This document shows, piece after piece, positions 9,177 through 18,610 of a stretch of DNA of 64,000 bases. Numbering within the stretch: the stretch's first letter is position 1; each line of letters starts with the position of its first letter. The DNA is from Bacteroidales bacterium (GTDB lineage Bacteria > Bacteroidota > Bacteroidia > Bacteroidales > WCHB1-69). The position numbers and the translations under genes were made by a program. The DNA is taken from contig JAITUN010000298.1 of the NCBI GenBank assembly GCA_031286285.1, forward strand, positions 1,799 through 65,798. The letters are read 5' to 3'. The notes beneath the pieces are model-generated. The model saw only the letters and a list, made by a program, of their open reading frames with translations. It searched no databases and was not told the origin of the DNA.

Positions 9177-10442
9177 TCATCTAACCACTTCTTTACCAAA
9201 ACTTTTGTTGATTAATCGTCTATCGCGGGGGCGGTAAGTTCCTTCTTTCATTTCGCGCATCATTACTTTTGTAAAGAGGCGCATCATTTTCTCTTCTTGC
9301 GATTCATTAGCATAAAAGATTTTCCATGCATAGTAGTATAGGTCTTGCAATTTTTCAGCGCTCATTTGTTTAGGATGAAAGACTACCTGTCCGGCATTGT
9401 AGTTATCCCAATCATAGTCAAAAATCCTATTATCTCTCATCAGGTCATCATATCCTTTGGTATGCGGAAAAGGAGTCATTACTGTAAACTCTGCTAAATC
9501 TAAATCAATTTCAAGAAGAAAGTCAATAAGTTGTTTAATATAATCTTCGCTATGATTATCAAGGCCTAAGAGGATAGTTCCTTCTACTCCAATTCCGTAA
9601 TCGTGGTACCGTTTCACTCGTTCTTTGATATAATCGGATGTATCGTAAACGGCTTGATAAACATACCATGCACCTGCTTGAGCTGCCAAATCAAGAATTT
9701 TGGGATTGTCTTCAATGGTGTGGCTAATCCAATTTTTTCTCAAAGGGATCATCTCCTTAAAAAGTTCAATTTCCCACTCATCATTTTGCGCCAACGAGTT
9801 ATCAACAATGAAAAGGCGATTGTTATCTATTGTTGTCAACTCTTCAATTACCTTATCCATAGGACGTGGGCGAAAGACACGACCCCCTAAATAAGATACT
9901 GCACAGGGGTAACAACTAAATCGGCATCCTCTAGAAGCATGAAAAAGGTCAACCATCTGTACCCCTTTATGGTTGTATAGCTCCTGTTTGTACAATTCTC
10001 GGCGAGCAGGACCTACTAATTCTATAGGTGGATGATTTCCCATGAAATTATAGACTTTTTTAAGTTTATCTTTTTTCAAATCATTAAAGACCTCTTCCAT
10101 TCTTCCTTCTGCTTCTCCAAGAAAAACAGAATCTGCATGTTCCATAGTTTCTTCTGCATGCAGCATGGTAGAAATCCCGCCAAAAATTACTTTTTTGCCT
10201 CTACGGCGAAACTCATCAGCAATTGCCCAGCCTCTTTTTACTTGTGAGCTTAGCATCATGGATACACCAACAAAATCGCAGGCTTCATCAAAATTGATTT
10301 CTTCCACATTTTCATCAGTAAAGCACACGTGCACATCCTCAGGTAATGTAGCTGCAAAGACAACAGGTCCGTGCGGTGGCAAGTTAAATGTTGTTTGCCC
10401 CGGTAATTTGTTCCATTTTGGATAAATTAGTTTGAACTTCAT
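9177..10442 (-). CDS. B12-binding-domain radical SAM enzyme
   Basis: 421 aa. CX3CX2C cluster motif in SRGCRFSCYPC. The N-terminal VGVSMMLSSQVKRGWAIADEFRRRGKKVIFGG resembles a cobalamin-binding Rossmann domain. Confidence 0.85.
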   Translation of the reverse strand: MKFKLIYPKWNKLPGQTTFNLPPHGPVVFAATLPEDVHVCFTDENVEEINFDEACDFVGVSMMLSSQVKRGWAIADEFRRRGKKVIFGGISTMLHAEETMEHADSVFLGEAEGRMEEVFNDLKKDKLKKVYNFMGNHPPIELVGPARRELYKQELYNHKGVQMVDLFHASRGCRFSCYPCAVSYLGGRVFRPRPMDKVIEELTTIDNNRLFIVDNSLAQNDEWEIELFKEMIPLRKNWISHTIEDNPKILDLAAQAGAWYVYQAVYDTSDYIKERVKRYHDYGIGVEGTILLGLDNHSEDYIKQLIDFLLEIDLDLAEFTVMTPFPHTKGYDDLMRDNRIFDYDWDNYNAGQVVFHPKQMSAEKLQDLYYYAWKIFYANESQEEKMMRLFTKVMMREMKEGTYRPRDRRLINKSFGKEVVR

Positions 10443-10454
10443 TGGTCAAGATAG

Positions 10455-10826
10455 TTATTGGTTAATAAACTGAATAGATAACTTGGCAAAACGATGCACA
10501 CTATTATGTACTACAGCGTTAATAATATGTGTCCCCATCTCTTCTGATGAAATGGAAATAGAAAAAGTTACCTCTCTGTTTTCCAAAGGATTAATTATAT
10601 TCAAAAATTTAATATTATCTATTCTTTTTAAAAAAAGGTTGCATTGTAACTTTTCTATTAATAGTTCTTTAATAATTTGAATTATACAGACTCCCGGTGT
10701 AATTGGATTTGCAGGAAAATGCGCTTCATAAATAAAGTGTTCGGGATTCAATTCGAGAACATAATCAAATCCTTTTTCTGTTTGATGAAAATTTTTTACA
10801 TAAAAAAAACTATCTTTAAGTTTCAT
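10455..10826 (-). CDS. FabZ/FabA-like hotdog-fold dehydratase
   Basis: 123 aa. HFPANPITPGVCIIQIIKE matches the FabZ catalytic HFPxxPxxPGVL motif. Confidence 0.7.
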   Translation of the reverse strand: MKLKDSFFYVKNFHQTEKGFDYVLELNPEHFIYEAHFPANPITPGVCIIQIIKELLIEKLQCNLFLKRIDNIKFLNIINPLENREVTFSISISSEEMGTHIINAVVHNSVHRFAKLSIQFINQ

Positions 10827-10843
10827 TTTGGAGAGGGCAATAA

Positions 10844-11923
10844 TTACTTTGATAAAAGAATAAATGTATGATTTTTGTTTTCAATATGGTTGTAGCAGAG
10901 AATTTTTGATTGACTCTGTAAGAATTGAGAACTACGGTTTTCTTGTGAAGAGTCATGCACATTGGATATCTGCTTTCTCGAGTTGCACATCAAAAAGTCG
11001 GGAATAGTACCTCTCCTCAAACAAGTTGCTGCCGCATAAACCCCCAGCGCGGACGCTGTGTAACTTTCTCCGAAAATATTTTTATATTGCAGGAGGGGGA
11101 TTTTGGGGAATAATTTCGCACAATTTTCAAAATAGATCTTGTCGTTTTCTTCCACTCCATTTACACCGATCATGATGAAATCAATATTCTTAATTTCTCT
11201 AATCGCAGTTATATCCTCCAACTTCAAAACTGCTCCAACGCCTTTATAAATTTTCTGCACTGCTTCAATTTTGCACAATGTTTTATCTGTATTTTTATTA
11301 GACAACATCATAGCTACTGCTGTTTCTCCAGCAAAGGTTTGCTTTGGGTTTCCCAGATAAGAAGTTTTTTTTAGTAGATTATAGTATGCCGGAGTCATTT
11401 CGTCATGTGCTCCTACCAATAGATTTCGAGTAGTTTTACTATTCACAATACTCTTATGGTGTAATTGTAAAAAGGCATCCAGTAGAGCACATTCAAAAGA
11501 GATTCCTTTATGGGCATAAGTACAGTTGTACGAATTACATTTTGAATCAATAGCGATTAGTGAACCAATAGTGTTATGTGTTGACTGCATGAAATGCGTA
11601 GGGTTAAGAAATTCTTCGCCATCACGGGTAAGTTTATCGAGAAATATCTCAGTACTTTCAATACATCCCAATCCTGTGCCTGTAATAATAGCATCAGGTG
11701 AAAGGACTCCACTTTCTTTCATTGTTAGTCTTGAAACAAGCAATGCTCTTTTGAGAATTTTTCCGTATCTGCGTACTTCGTTTGGTGTAAAAAAAAGTTT
11801 GTAGTCAGGTTCAATCGCTCTGATGTATGGTTCGGAATAAAAAGAAGGATTTTCAAACCAGTCATCCCACAAGGGTTGTTGGGCTGAAATATGTTTAACA
11901 GAGTTTATATAGGCGTTATTCAT
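10844..11923 (-). CDS. KS-like protein without active-site Cys (chain-length-factor-like partner)
   Basis: 359 aa thiolase-fold-like (ITGTGLGCIESTE, PTHFMQSTHNTIGSLIAI). The position of the KS nucleophile reads YAHKGISFECAL rather than xACxS. A 4-bp overlap links it to the upstream KS. Confidence 0.65.
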   Translation of the reverse strand: MNNAYINSVKHISAQQPLWDDWFENPSFYSEPYIRAIEPDYKLFFTPNEVRRYGKILKRALLVSRLTMKESGVLSPDAIITGTGLGCIESTEIFLDKLTRDGEEFLNPTHFMQSTHNTIGSLIAIDSKCNSYNCTYAHKGISFECALLDAFLQLHHKSIVNSKTTRNLLVGAHDEMTPAYYNLLKKTSYLGNPKQTFAGETAVAMMLSNKNTDKTLCKIEAVQKIYKGVGAVLKLEDITAIREIKNIDFIMIGVNGVEENDKIYFENCAKLFPKIPLLQYKNIFGESYTASALGVYAAATCLRRGTIPDFLMCNSRKQISNVHDSSQENRSSQFLQSQSKILCYNHIENKNHTFILLSK

Positions 11924-13203
11924 TTCGCAGTTATCTTACTAAATATCAAGCTTGTGTCATTTCCTCCAAAACCAAAAGAATTATTTAATACATGGAGAAG
12001 AGGTTTAGTGGGTTTTTGGTTCATAGCAGGAGTAAACGACAATTCAGGTATTTTTTCTAAAAAATTAAGGTTAACGGGGATAAAATTATTCTGTAAAGCC
12101 AAAATAGAGATAACTGTTTCTACGCAACCGGCAGCGCTTGTTGTATGTCCGGTAAAAGATTTTGTAGAAGAAACGTGGGGGATTCTATCTCCAAAAAGTC
12201 TCATGATTGCCGTACCTTCACTCACATCGTTGTTTGTAGTACCTGTTCCATGTGCGTTTATATAATCAATATCCTTTGGTTTCAATTTTGCTTTTTCGAG
12301 TGCTTTTATCATTGCTAGATATGCCCCCTCGCCATCCGGAGATGAAGCTGTTTGATGATAAGCATCGCAAGTATTAGCATAGCCCGAAAGTACAATTTGG
12401 GGTTTAGGATTTTTACAATTCCGGGATTTTTTTTCTTTTGTCACGCAAATGTTATCATCGCGTTCCATCACTATATAAGCTGCTCCTTCACCAAGATTCA
12501 ATCCGGCTCTTGATGCATCAAAAGGCCGACAAGGCTCACGGTCAAGTATCATTAAAGTATTAAATCCATTCAAGTGAAATTTTGTAATACACTCACTACC
12601 ACCGGCAACGACCAAATCGGCACAACCACTCTTCAACAACTCAGCTCCTAAAACAATGGCATTTGCAGCAGAACTGCAAGCAGTTGATATGGTATCCACT
12701 TGTGAAAAAATGCCAAAATAATCTGCAATCATTTCTGTACAAGTGCCACAATCGTGGGTTGAGATATAGGCATTTCTAGTATCATTTTCTAGAAAATCGA
12801 TATAAAACTGTTCGCTCATGTCCATTCCTCCAACAGTCGTTCCTGAAATAAAAGCGATTTTTTTATTTTCAATTTTTGATTTTTCGATTTTTAGTTTGGA
12901 ATTTGTAAATTGGATCAAATTTGCGTTTTGTAATGCTTCTCTTACTGCCAACATTCCCATTAATGCAGTACGGATGGTTGGCTTATTTTCAATAATATTG
13001 AGTAAAGCAATCATCTCTTCGTTGCTCATTTTAACCTCACCAACAGGAAAGTTAGTATGGGAAGTTCGCAGGTAGCGCAAAGGAGCAATACCACTGCTAT
13101 TATTAATCAACGACTTTAAATTTTCATCAACATTATTACCTAATGCTGATATAATACCCATTCCTGTTACCAAAATATTAGCCATTATACTTACTTTTTT
13201 CAT
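11920..13203 (-). CDS. beta-ketoacyl-ACP synthase (FabF/KAS II-like)
   Basis: 427 aa. Cys box ISTACSSAANAI, His boxes NAHGTGTTNND and TGHTTSAAG, C-terminal NSFGFGGN. Lys-rich insertions (KLKIEKSKIENKK, TKEKKSRNCKNPKPQ) are not typical of housekeeping FabF. Confidence 0.9.
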   Translation of the reverse strand: MKKVSIMANILVTGMGIISALGNNVDENLKSLINNSSGIAPLRYLRTSHTNFPVGEVKMSNEEMIALLNIIENKPTIRTALMGMLAVREALQNANLIQFTNSKLKIEKSKIENKKIAFISGTTVGGMDMSEQFYIDFLENDTRNAYISTHDCGTCTEMIADYFGIFSQVDTISTACSSAANAIVLGAELLKSGCADLVVAGGSECITKFHLNGFNTLMILDREPCRPFDASRAGLNLGEGAAYIVMERDDNICVTKEKKSRNCKNPKPQIVLSGYANTCDAYHQTASSPDGEGAYLAMIKALEKAKLKPKDIDYINAHGTGTTNNDVSEGTAIMRLFGDRIPHVSSTKSFTGHTTSAAGCVETVISILALQNNFIPVNLNFLEKIPELSFTPAMNQKPTKPLLHVLNNSFGFGGNDTSLIFSKITAK

Positions 13204-13319
13204 TTAGTGGTAATAAAACTCTACCGTCACTTTTCATGAATAAAAACCTCTATTTTTTTTATTTATAGTTTCATATAATAATCGTCTTAAAAAAATTTCT
13301 TTTATTTTAAAACAGTTTG

Positions 13320-13327
13320 CAAAATTA
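13320..13327 (-). promoter_or_regulatory. possible Bacteroidota -7 promoter box (TAATTTTG on the minus strand)
   Basis: Plus-strand caaaatta equals minus-strand TAATTTTG, matching TAnnTTTG. It lies in the only sizeable gap (177 bp) inside the cluster, 117 bp upstream of the KS ATG. No clear -33 TTTG. Confidence 0.25.
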
Positions 13328-13380
13328 TTTTTTTTTTCGATATTCATTAAGGTTTTTTAAATATGTGTTTTCTTTCTTCT

Positions 13381-14631
13381 TTACATTTTCTTTTTTCTGT
13401 GATAAAATAGTGCAACAATTATACAAATACTAGAAAAACCTATAGAATATGCACATTCGGGTAGAATATCCATAAAAGTTCCATTGCGTATCAAAATGTT
13501 ATAAAAACCGTTCAGTCCCCAATTTAGTGGTGAAATTTGGCTAATCGTTTTCATAATCTCTGGCATAGTAAAAACAGGCACCCAAATTCCACCAATAGCG
13601 GCAAAAATAACTACTGAAAGTGCTGCAAGAATAGCTGCTTGTTGGTGGTCAGTTGTAATTTTTCCAATGAGAATACCATAGCCAATAGCTGCAAGAGACG
13701 CACACACACACATAGGCAACAACAACCAGGCGTTGTCACCAAGTATCAATTTTTGCAATCCAATATGTGGGAAAAGATATATACCTAAGGTAAAAAGTAA
13801 AGCAAACTGCAACAGACAAACGAATAAAAATACGATACCTTTACTTAACAAATATTGAAAATAGGAGGTAGGCATTGTTAGCAAACGTTTGAAACTACCT
13901 TCTTTCTTTTCATTAATTAGACTAACTGATAAAGAAAGCGTAATGAAAAATATGGCGAACAAAGTCCATGCAGGCACATTATGTTGTGTAGCATTGGGTA
14001 TCACTGCATTTTCGTCAATAAAAGCATATTGTACATCAAAATCCACTTGATTTCCATCCAGTTGTATATCTTCCAACATATTCGGAATACGTTGATTAAG
14101 TTCTGAAATAAGTTCTTTAATAAGAAAATCACGCTCTGTTTTAGCGGTATATTCTTTCATTGTACTAATAAGGGTATTGCGAAATGATATTTTGAGTGTA
14201 GGGTCAATATAAATTCTAATGGATACAGAATCAACTTTTTCATACACTTCGCCAGTAAAACCTCTCAAAACAGCACGATTTGCGTTTTGGCGTATTGAAT
14301 CTGAAATGCTCTGAGGAATCACAATTCCAATCATATAATCTCCTTTTGCTACTGCAACTCTCAAATCGTTCTCTCCACTTTCCGTTTTCATTAGAATAAA
14401 ACTTTCCGAATTTGCTATTTGTCTTTCAATAGAATTTCCCAAAGTATCGTTGTCCATATTGAGCATAATCACAGAAATTTCAGTTTCTGTAATTTTGCCA
14501 ATTAAATCGTTTTGCAAAAAAGTCATCAAAAACACAAGTACAACTGGCATCAGGAACATCAGGCAAAGGCCTGCTACATCTCTAATAAGCAACAGATAAT
14601 CCTTATATAAAAGTGTAATAAACTTTCTCAT
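13381..14631 (-). CDS. ABC-2 type exporter permease
   Basis: 416 aa. One N-terminal TM, a large extracytoplasmic loop, then a C-terminal bundle of TM helices. A 4-bp overlap links it to the ATPase gene. Confidence 0.8.
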   Translation of the reverse strand: MRKFITLLYKDYLLLIRDVAGLCLMFLMPVVLVFLMTFLQNDLIGKITETEISVIMLNMDNDTLGNSIERQIANSESFILMKTESGENDLRVAVAKGDYMIGIVIPQSISDSIRQNANRAVLRGFTGEVYEKVDSVSIRIYIDPTLKISFRNTLISTMKEYTAKTERDFLIKELISELNQRIPNMLEDIQLDGNQVDFDVQYAFIDENAVIPNATQHNVPAWTLFAIFFITLSLSVSLINEKKEGSFKRLLTMPTSYFQYLLSKGIVFLFVCLLQFALLFTLGIYLFPHIGLQKLILGDNAWLLLPMCVCASLAAIGYGILIGKITTDHQQAAILAALSVVIFAAIGGIWVPVFTMPEIMKTISQISPLNWGLNGFYNILIRNGTFMDILPECAYSIGFSSICIIVALFYHRKKKM

Positions 14632-15377
14632 GAGTCTCTTAGAGTTTTACCGGTTAGTTTTAAATACAGGTTTTCTAAATTATCGCATCCGGAATCTTGA
14701 ATCAAGTCTTTCGGTTTTCCAATACAAATCAATTTTCCTTCATCAATGAATGCTACACGAGAACAAATCATTTCTGCTTCTTCCATATAATGAGAAGTAT
14801 AAATAATGGTAGTTCCTTGTGCATTAATTTCTTTCAAATTATCTAATATCAGTGCTTTAGACTGTACATCTACGGATACGGTTGGTTCATCAAGGAACAA
14901 TATTTTCGGGAGATGCAATAGTCCTGCAATAAGATTCATACGGCGTTTCATTCCTCCTGAATATGTTTTAATCTGTCTATTTTTGCTTTGTTCCAAACAA
15001 AAATAATCAAGTAACATTTCAATCCGTTGTTTCAATTCTTTTTTTCTAAGTCCGTAAATTCCGCCAAACACTTTAAGATTTTCAACTGCTGTCAGTGATG
15101 GATATAGGGCTAATTCTTGGGGTACTACTCCAATTAGAGGCTTAATTTCTCTAATTTGTTGAGGTAAATTGTGCCCGCAAATATTTATTTTACCTGTGTC
15201 AAATGCAACAAGTCCACTCAACATATTTAGCAAAGTCGATTTTCCTGCACCGTTAGGTCCTAGCAAGCCAAAAATTTCTCCTTGAACAACTTCAATAGAA
15301 AAATTACTCACTGCAGGATTTGTATTTCCTTTATAGGTTTTACTTACATTGTTAATTTTAATTACTATTTCTTGCAT
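14628..15377 (-). CDS. ABC transporter ATP-binding protein
   Basis: Walker A GPNGAGKST, signature SGGMKRR, Walker B ILFLDEP, H-loop TSHYM. Confidence 0.9.
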   Translation of the reverse strand: MQEIVIKINNVSKTYKGNTNPAVSNFSIEVVQGEIFGLLGPNGAGKSTLLNMLSGLVAFDTGKINICGHNLPQQIREIKPLIGVVPQELALYPSLTAVENLKVFGGIYGLRKKELKQRIEMLLDYFCLEQSKNRQIKTYSGGMKRRMNLIAGLLHLPKILFLDEPTVSVDVQSKALILDNLKEINAQGTTIIYTSHYMEEAEMICSRVAFIDEGKLICIGKPKDLIQDSGCDNLENLYLKLTGKTLRDS

Positions 15378-16378
15378 TCTGTATTAATAAATTTTCTTAA
15401 AGAAACGAAAAACCTCTTTTCTTTCTCTGCAATCACAAGTAGTCTATCTGCCAATTCATTGCAAGATTCATTACTTCTATTTTTAAATTTACGTCCACAT
15501 TCAAGAGCAAAAGCACGCCAAAGGTCTCCAATAATTGACATCTCCTCGGCAAGAACCTTCAGTTTCATTTTTTGTAACACTTCTGCTGCTTCGTACAAAA
15601 ATGCGCTATATAGGAATCGGAATCCTGCTCCTCCTGTTCCAAATTCTTCCATTGCTTGCAACAAAGTTGCTAAAAAAAACAATGCATCCTGTTCTCCGTA
15701 TTTTTTTTCTATATTTCGTATTTGTTTTGAAAGAGAAGTAATACCATTAACACCAATCGGCAATATTGGGATATCAAGCATATTATAGCAAGTAGTTTTG
15801 ATTCCTTTAATAATTGCGGATTTCAGATCTAACGACTCATTTGGTTTCTCTTTTATCCAGTACATTTTTCCTTGTGGTCTGAGCATTCCTCTACTAAAGC
15901 GGACTTTTTTCAAAACATCAGATGAAAGATTTTGTATTGAAGCCACTGTTGGGTCGCTTACTGTATATATATCACCTTCTTTGCCTATTACGCACAGGTG
16001 GTGTGCATTAAAATGGATTCGCAAAGGAGTATGGGGTAAAAAATAGAGACCCACTACATTTCCCACAGGAATTCCTTGAGCAAGAAGATCATCTACTTTT
16101 TTCATTGCTTTTTCTTTGTTGAAAAACCTATTTTTTCTTCCCACTTTGATTTTCAAGTTTTTCATGGAATGCTTAAAGACTGCTCCAGGTAATGTACGAA
16201 AACTAAACTTCATCATATTTCCTTTAAAAGGCACAAAAGGCATACACACAAAAAAAAGGCCTGCTCCAATTCCAAAAGCCATAGGCTCGCTCAGTTTTAT
16301 TCCATAGAAATTCATTAGATTAGAAATTACACCTGTTTCACAATGTGCAGTGCTACGATGCTCAAAATTTAGATTCAT
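15365..16378 (-). CDS. BtrH-N-domain protein (papain-like acyltransferase/peptidase fold), copy 1
   Basis: 337 aa. The N-terminus FEHRSTAHCETGVISNLMNFYG matches the BtrH_N pattern with a candidate nucleophile Cys in HCETG. The C-terminal helical half ends GDLWRAFALECGRKFKNR. Confidence 0.7.
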   Translation of the reverse strand: MNLNFEHRSTAHCETGVISNLMNFYGIKLSEPMAFGIGAGLFFVCMPFVPFKGNMMKFSFRTLPGAVFKHSMKNLKIKVGRKNRFFNKEKAMKKVDDLLAQGIPVGNVVGLYFLPHTPLRIHFNAHHLCVIGKEGDIYTVSDPTVASIQNLSSDVLKKVRFSRGMLRPQGKMYWIKEKPNESLDLKSAIIKGIKTTCYNMLDIPILPIGVNGITSLSKQIRNIEKKYGEQDALFFLATLLQAMEEFGTGGAGFRFLYSAFLYEAAEVLQKMKLKVLAEEMSIIGDLWRAFALECGRKFKNRSNESCNELADRLLVIAEKEKRFFVSLRKFINTECKK

Positions 16379-16752
16379 AGAGGTATTATTTTTAGTTCTT
16401 CTACAGTTATTTCAAATATTGCGGCATATAGCTTTAGAGTTTTTTCATCTAATTGCATAAAATGATCAGATTTCAAATGTTTTCTTATACGTCGTTTAGA
16501 AATTCCTGTATAGGAAGACAATAAATTCAGATTGAATAAATTGGTTTGAAGGTGATAAGCGAGTGGGCTCAACTTTCCTTCAAGCACTTGTTGGCGAATA
16601 GTTTCAAGTTCTTGAGACTGTCTTGACATAATCATTGCACATGCATCAAATTTTTTTTCCCACTTTTGACGCCATTCTTTGCCATCAAAAAAATACTGGA
16701 CCATTTGTTCTCCGGCAGCTTCAACTAATTTTTCATTTACTCTTGCTTTCAC
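16375..16752 (-). CDS. small protein with XRE-type HTH-like C-terminal half, copy 1
   Basis: 125 aa. LLSSYTGISKRRIRKHLKSDHFMQLDEKTLKLYAAIFEITVEEL resembles an XRE helix-turn-helix. A 4-bp ATGA overlap links it to the downstream BtrH-like gene. Confidence 0.5.
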   Translation of the reverse strand: MKARVNEKLVEAAGEQMVQYFFDGKEWRQKWEKKFDACAMIMSRQSQELETIRQQVLEGKLSPLAYHLQTNLFNLNLLSSYTGISKRRIRKHLKSDHFMQLDEKTLKLYAAIFEITVEELKIIPL

Positions 16753-16763
16753 TTTTAGAAAAA

Positions 16764-17774
16764 TTAGTTGTTATTATTCAATTTTTCTTTTTTCAGAGCA
16801 ACAAAAAATTTTTTTTCTGTTTCAGCAATTTCGAGCACTTTATCTGCCAAGTCGTTGTAAGAAGCATTTGTTCTATTTTTAAATTTTCGACCACATTCGA
16901 GGGCAAGTTCTCGCCACAGGTCTCCAATACAGTTCATTTCTAAAGAATATTTTATTAATTTTGGTTCATTTAACAATTCTGCTGCTTCATACAAAAATAG
17001 GCCATACATATAACGATACCCTGCTCCTCCTGTTCCAATCTCCTCTATGGCTTGTGTTAAAGAAGCCAAAAACTGCAAAGCATCTTTTTTCCCATATTTT
17101 GCCTCAAGTTTTCTTATTTGTTTTGACATAGTAACTATACCTCGTACTCCGTAGAAAGAAACAAACGGAGCTCCTATCATTCTTTTGCAAGTATTTTTTA
17201 TACTTTTTTCTATTAAGCAACTAACGTTAACTATAACCGGTTTTTCTTTTATCCAATACATTTTTCCACGTGGTTTGAACGCACCTTGAGAAAATCTTAC
17301 TCTAAGTAAATCGTTGTATGAAATATTGAGCAATGTAGAATGCCAACAAGGGTCGCTTATAATGTATTCATCTCCTTCTTTGCCTACAACACAGAGGTTA
17401 TGGGCATTAAAATGAACTCTAACAGGAGAATAAGGGAGATGAAATAGACCTACCACATTTCCTACAGGTATTCCAAGTGCAAGTAATTTGTCCATCTCTT
17501 TCATCGCTTCTTCTTTGTTAACAAATCGTTTCATCCCAATTTTTACATTTAATTTTTTCAATGCACGCGCAAAAATTGAACCAGGAAAAGAACGAAAACT
17601 AAATTTAAGTGAATTTCCTTTAAAGGGTATAAAAGGTAAATAGATAAAAATGAGTCCTTCTCCTATTCCAAATATCATTGCTTCACTCAGTTGGTATCCA
17701 TAGAAGTTCATCATATTTGAAGTTACACCTGTTTCACAATGCGCTGCAACACGATGTTCAAAATTTATTGTCAT
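16764..17774 (-). CDS. BtrH-N-domain protein, copy 2 (paralog of 15365..16378)
   Basis: 336 aa. FEHRVAAHCETGVTSNMMNFYG, GKMYWIKEKP and GDLWRELALECGRKFKNR are collinear with copy 1. By eye, more than half the positions are identical. Confidence 0.7.
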   Translation of the reverse strand: MTINFEHRVAAHCETGVTSNMMNFYGYQLSEAMIFGIGEGLIFIYLPFIPFKGNSLKFSFRSFPGSIFARALKKLNVKIGMKRFVNKEEAMKEMDKLLALGIPVGNVVGLFHLPYSPVRVHFNAHNLCVVGKEGDEYIISDPCWHSTLLNISYNDLLRVRFSQGAFKPRGKMYWIKEKPVIVNVSCLIEKSIKNTCKRMIGAPFVSFYGVRGIVTMSKQIRKLEAKYGKKDALQFLASLTQAIEEIGTGGAGYRYMYGLFLYEAAELLNEPKLIKYSLEMNCIGDLWRELALECGRKFKNRTNASYNDLADKVLEIAETEKKFFVALKKEKLNNNN

Positions 17775-17793
17775 AATTAAAATTAATTTACCT

Positions 17794-18159
17794 TTATATT
17801 TTTTTAAGATCTTCTACTGAAATTCCAAAAGCAGTAGCATATTTTTTCAATGTTTCTTCATCTAATTGATTAAAAAATTTGGGTTTAAGGTGTCTTTTAA
17901 TGTGTCTTTTGGGTATTTCTGTATAAGAAGATAAAAGACCTGTACTCAGCAAGTTTTTACAAGCATAGAAAGCTATGTTGCTTAATTCTCCATTCATAAC
18001 TTTTTGACGAATCTCTTCGAGTTCATGAGACTGCTCGTTCATAGTCATTCTACAAGCATCAAACTTATCTTCCCATGCTTGACACCATTTTTCACCATCA
18101 TAATAATAATACAATTGTCCTTGATTTGCAGAAGAATTTTCTTTTACAATTACATTCAT
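17794..18159 (-). CDS. small HTH-like protein, copy 2 (paralog of 16375..16752)
   Basis: 121 aa. Shares DGxKWxQxWExKFDAC, ELExIRQ and LSSYTxIxKRxIxKHLK...QLDExTLKxYA with copy 1. Confidence 0.5.
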   Translation of the reverse strand: MNVIVKENSSANQGQLYYYYDGEKWCQAWEDKFDACRMTMNEQSHELEEIRQKVMNGELSNIAFYACKNLLSTGLLSSYTEIPKRHIKRHLKPKFFNQLDEETLKKYATAFGISVEDLKKI

Positions 18160-18175
18160 AATATAAAAATTATAT

Positions 18176-18610
18176 TCATATTTCCTTATCAGTGATCGAT
18201 ATTTTCATTTCGCAAGTTGTAATAATTTCATCTTTAATACTTACAGTTGCATTTATCAAAGAGATTTGGAATACTTCTTCAATCAAATTAACCTGTGTAA
18301 CAATAGTTTCTCCTTCTTTTGGCAAGCGATTGATTTCCAAATTTCGAATCATTCCAATAAAACCAATTTTCACACTGTTAATACCCGCTTCATTTTCAAC
18401 GGTACCAATAAATGTAGCGCAAGTTTGGGCAATATTTTCAATCAAACCTGCTTCAGCCAACACTCCATTGTCAACAAAAATATTATCTTCCCGTACCGTT
18501 AAATTTGTTTTTGTTGTTTTCGGATTTCGAAAAAGCAACGTATCCACCATAACGAAAGGCGGTCTTTGTGGAATGATTTGTAATATGCTAATTTCAGATG
18601 TTTCAGGCAT
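18176..18610 (-). CDS. hotdog-fold dehydratase/thioesterase-like protein (aryl-polyene-cluster type)
   Basis: 144 aa. IPQRPPFVMVDTLL and IENIAQTCA resemble the FabZ-like hotdog proteins found in aryl-polyene clusters. It abuts the ACP gene. Confidence 0.65.
   Translation of the reverse strand: MPETSEISILQIIPQRPPFVMVDTLLFRNPKTTKTNLTVREDNIFVDNGVLAEAGLIENIAQTCATFIGTVENEAGINSVKIGFIGMIRNLEINRLPKEGETIVTQVNLIEEVFQISLINATVSIKDEIITTCEMKISITDKEI

Larger units (their letters stand above)
15365..18159 (-). repeat. tandem duplication of a two-gene module (small HTH-like ORF + BtrH-like ORF)
   Basis: Two consecutive collinear gene pairs with clear protein-level paralogy. They have diverged, so this is not a recent DNA repeat. 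Confidence 0.75.

Noticed and set aside
15282-15788. 168-aa plus-strand ORF, and the similar plus-strand ORFs 18192..18623 (143 aa), 11891..12265 (124 aa) and 30625..30993 (122 aa)
   Set aside because: All are antisense to motif-bearing minus-strand genes (ABC ATPase/BtrH-like, dehydratase, KS, lysC). AT-rich DNA gives long antisense ORFs by chance.
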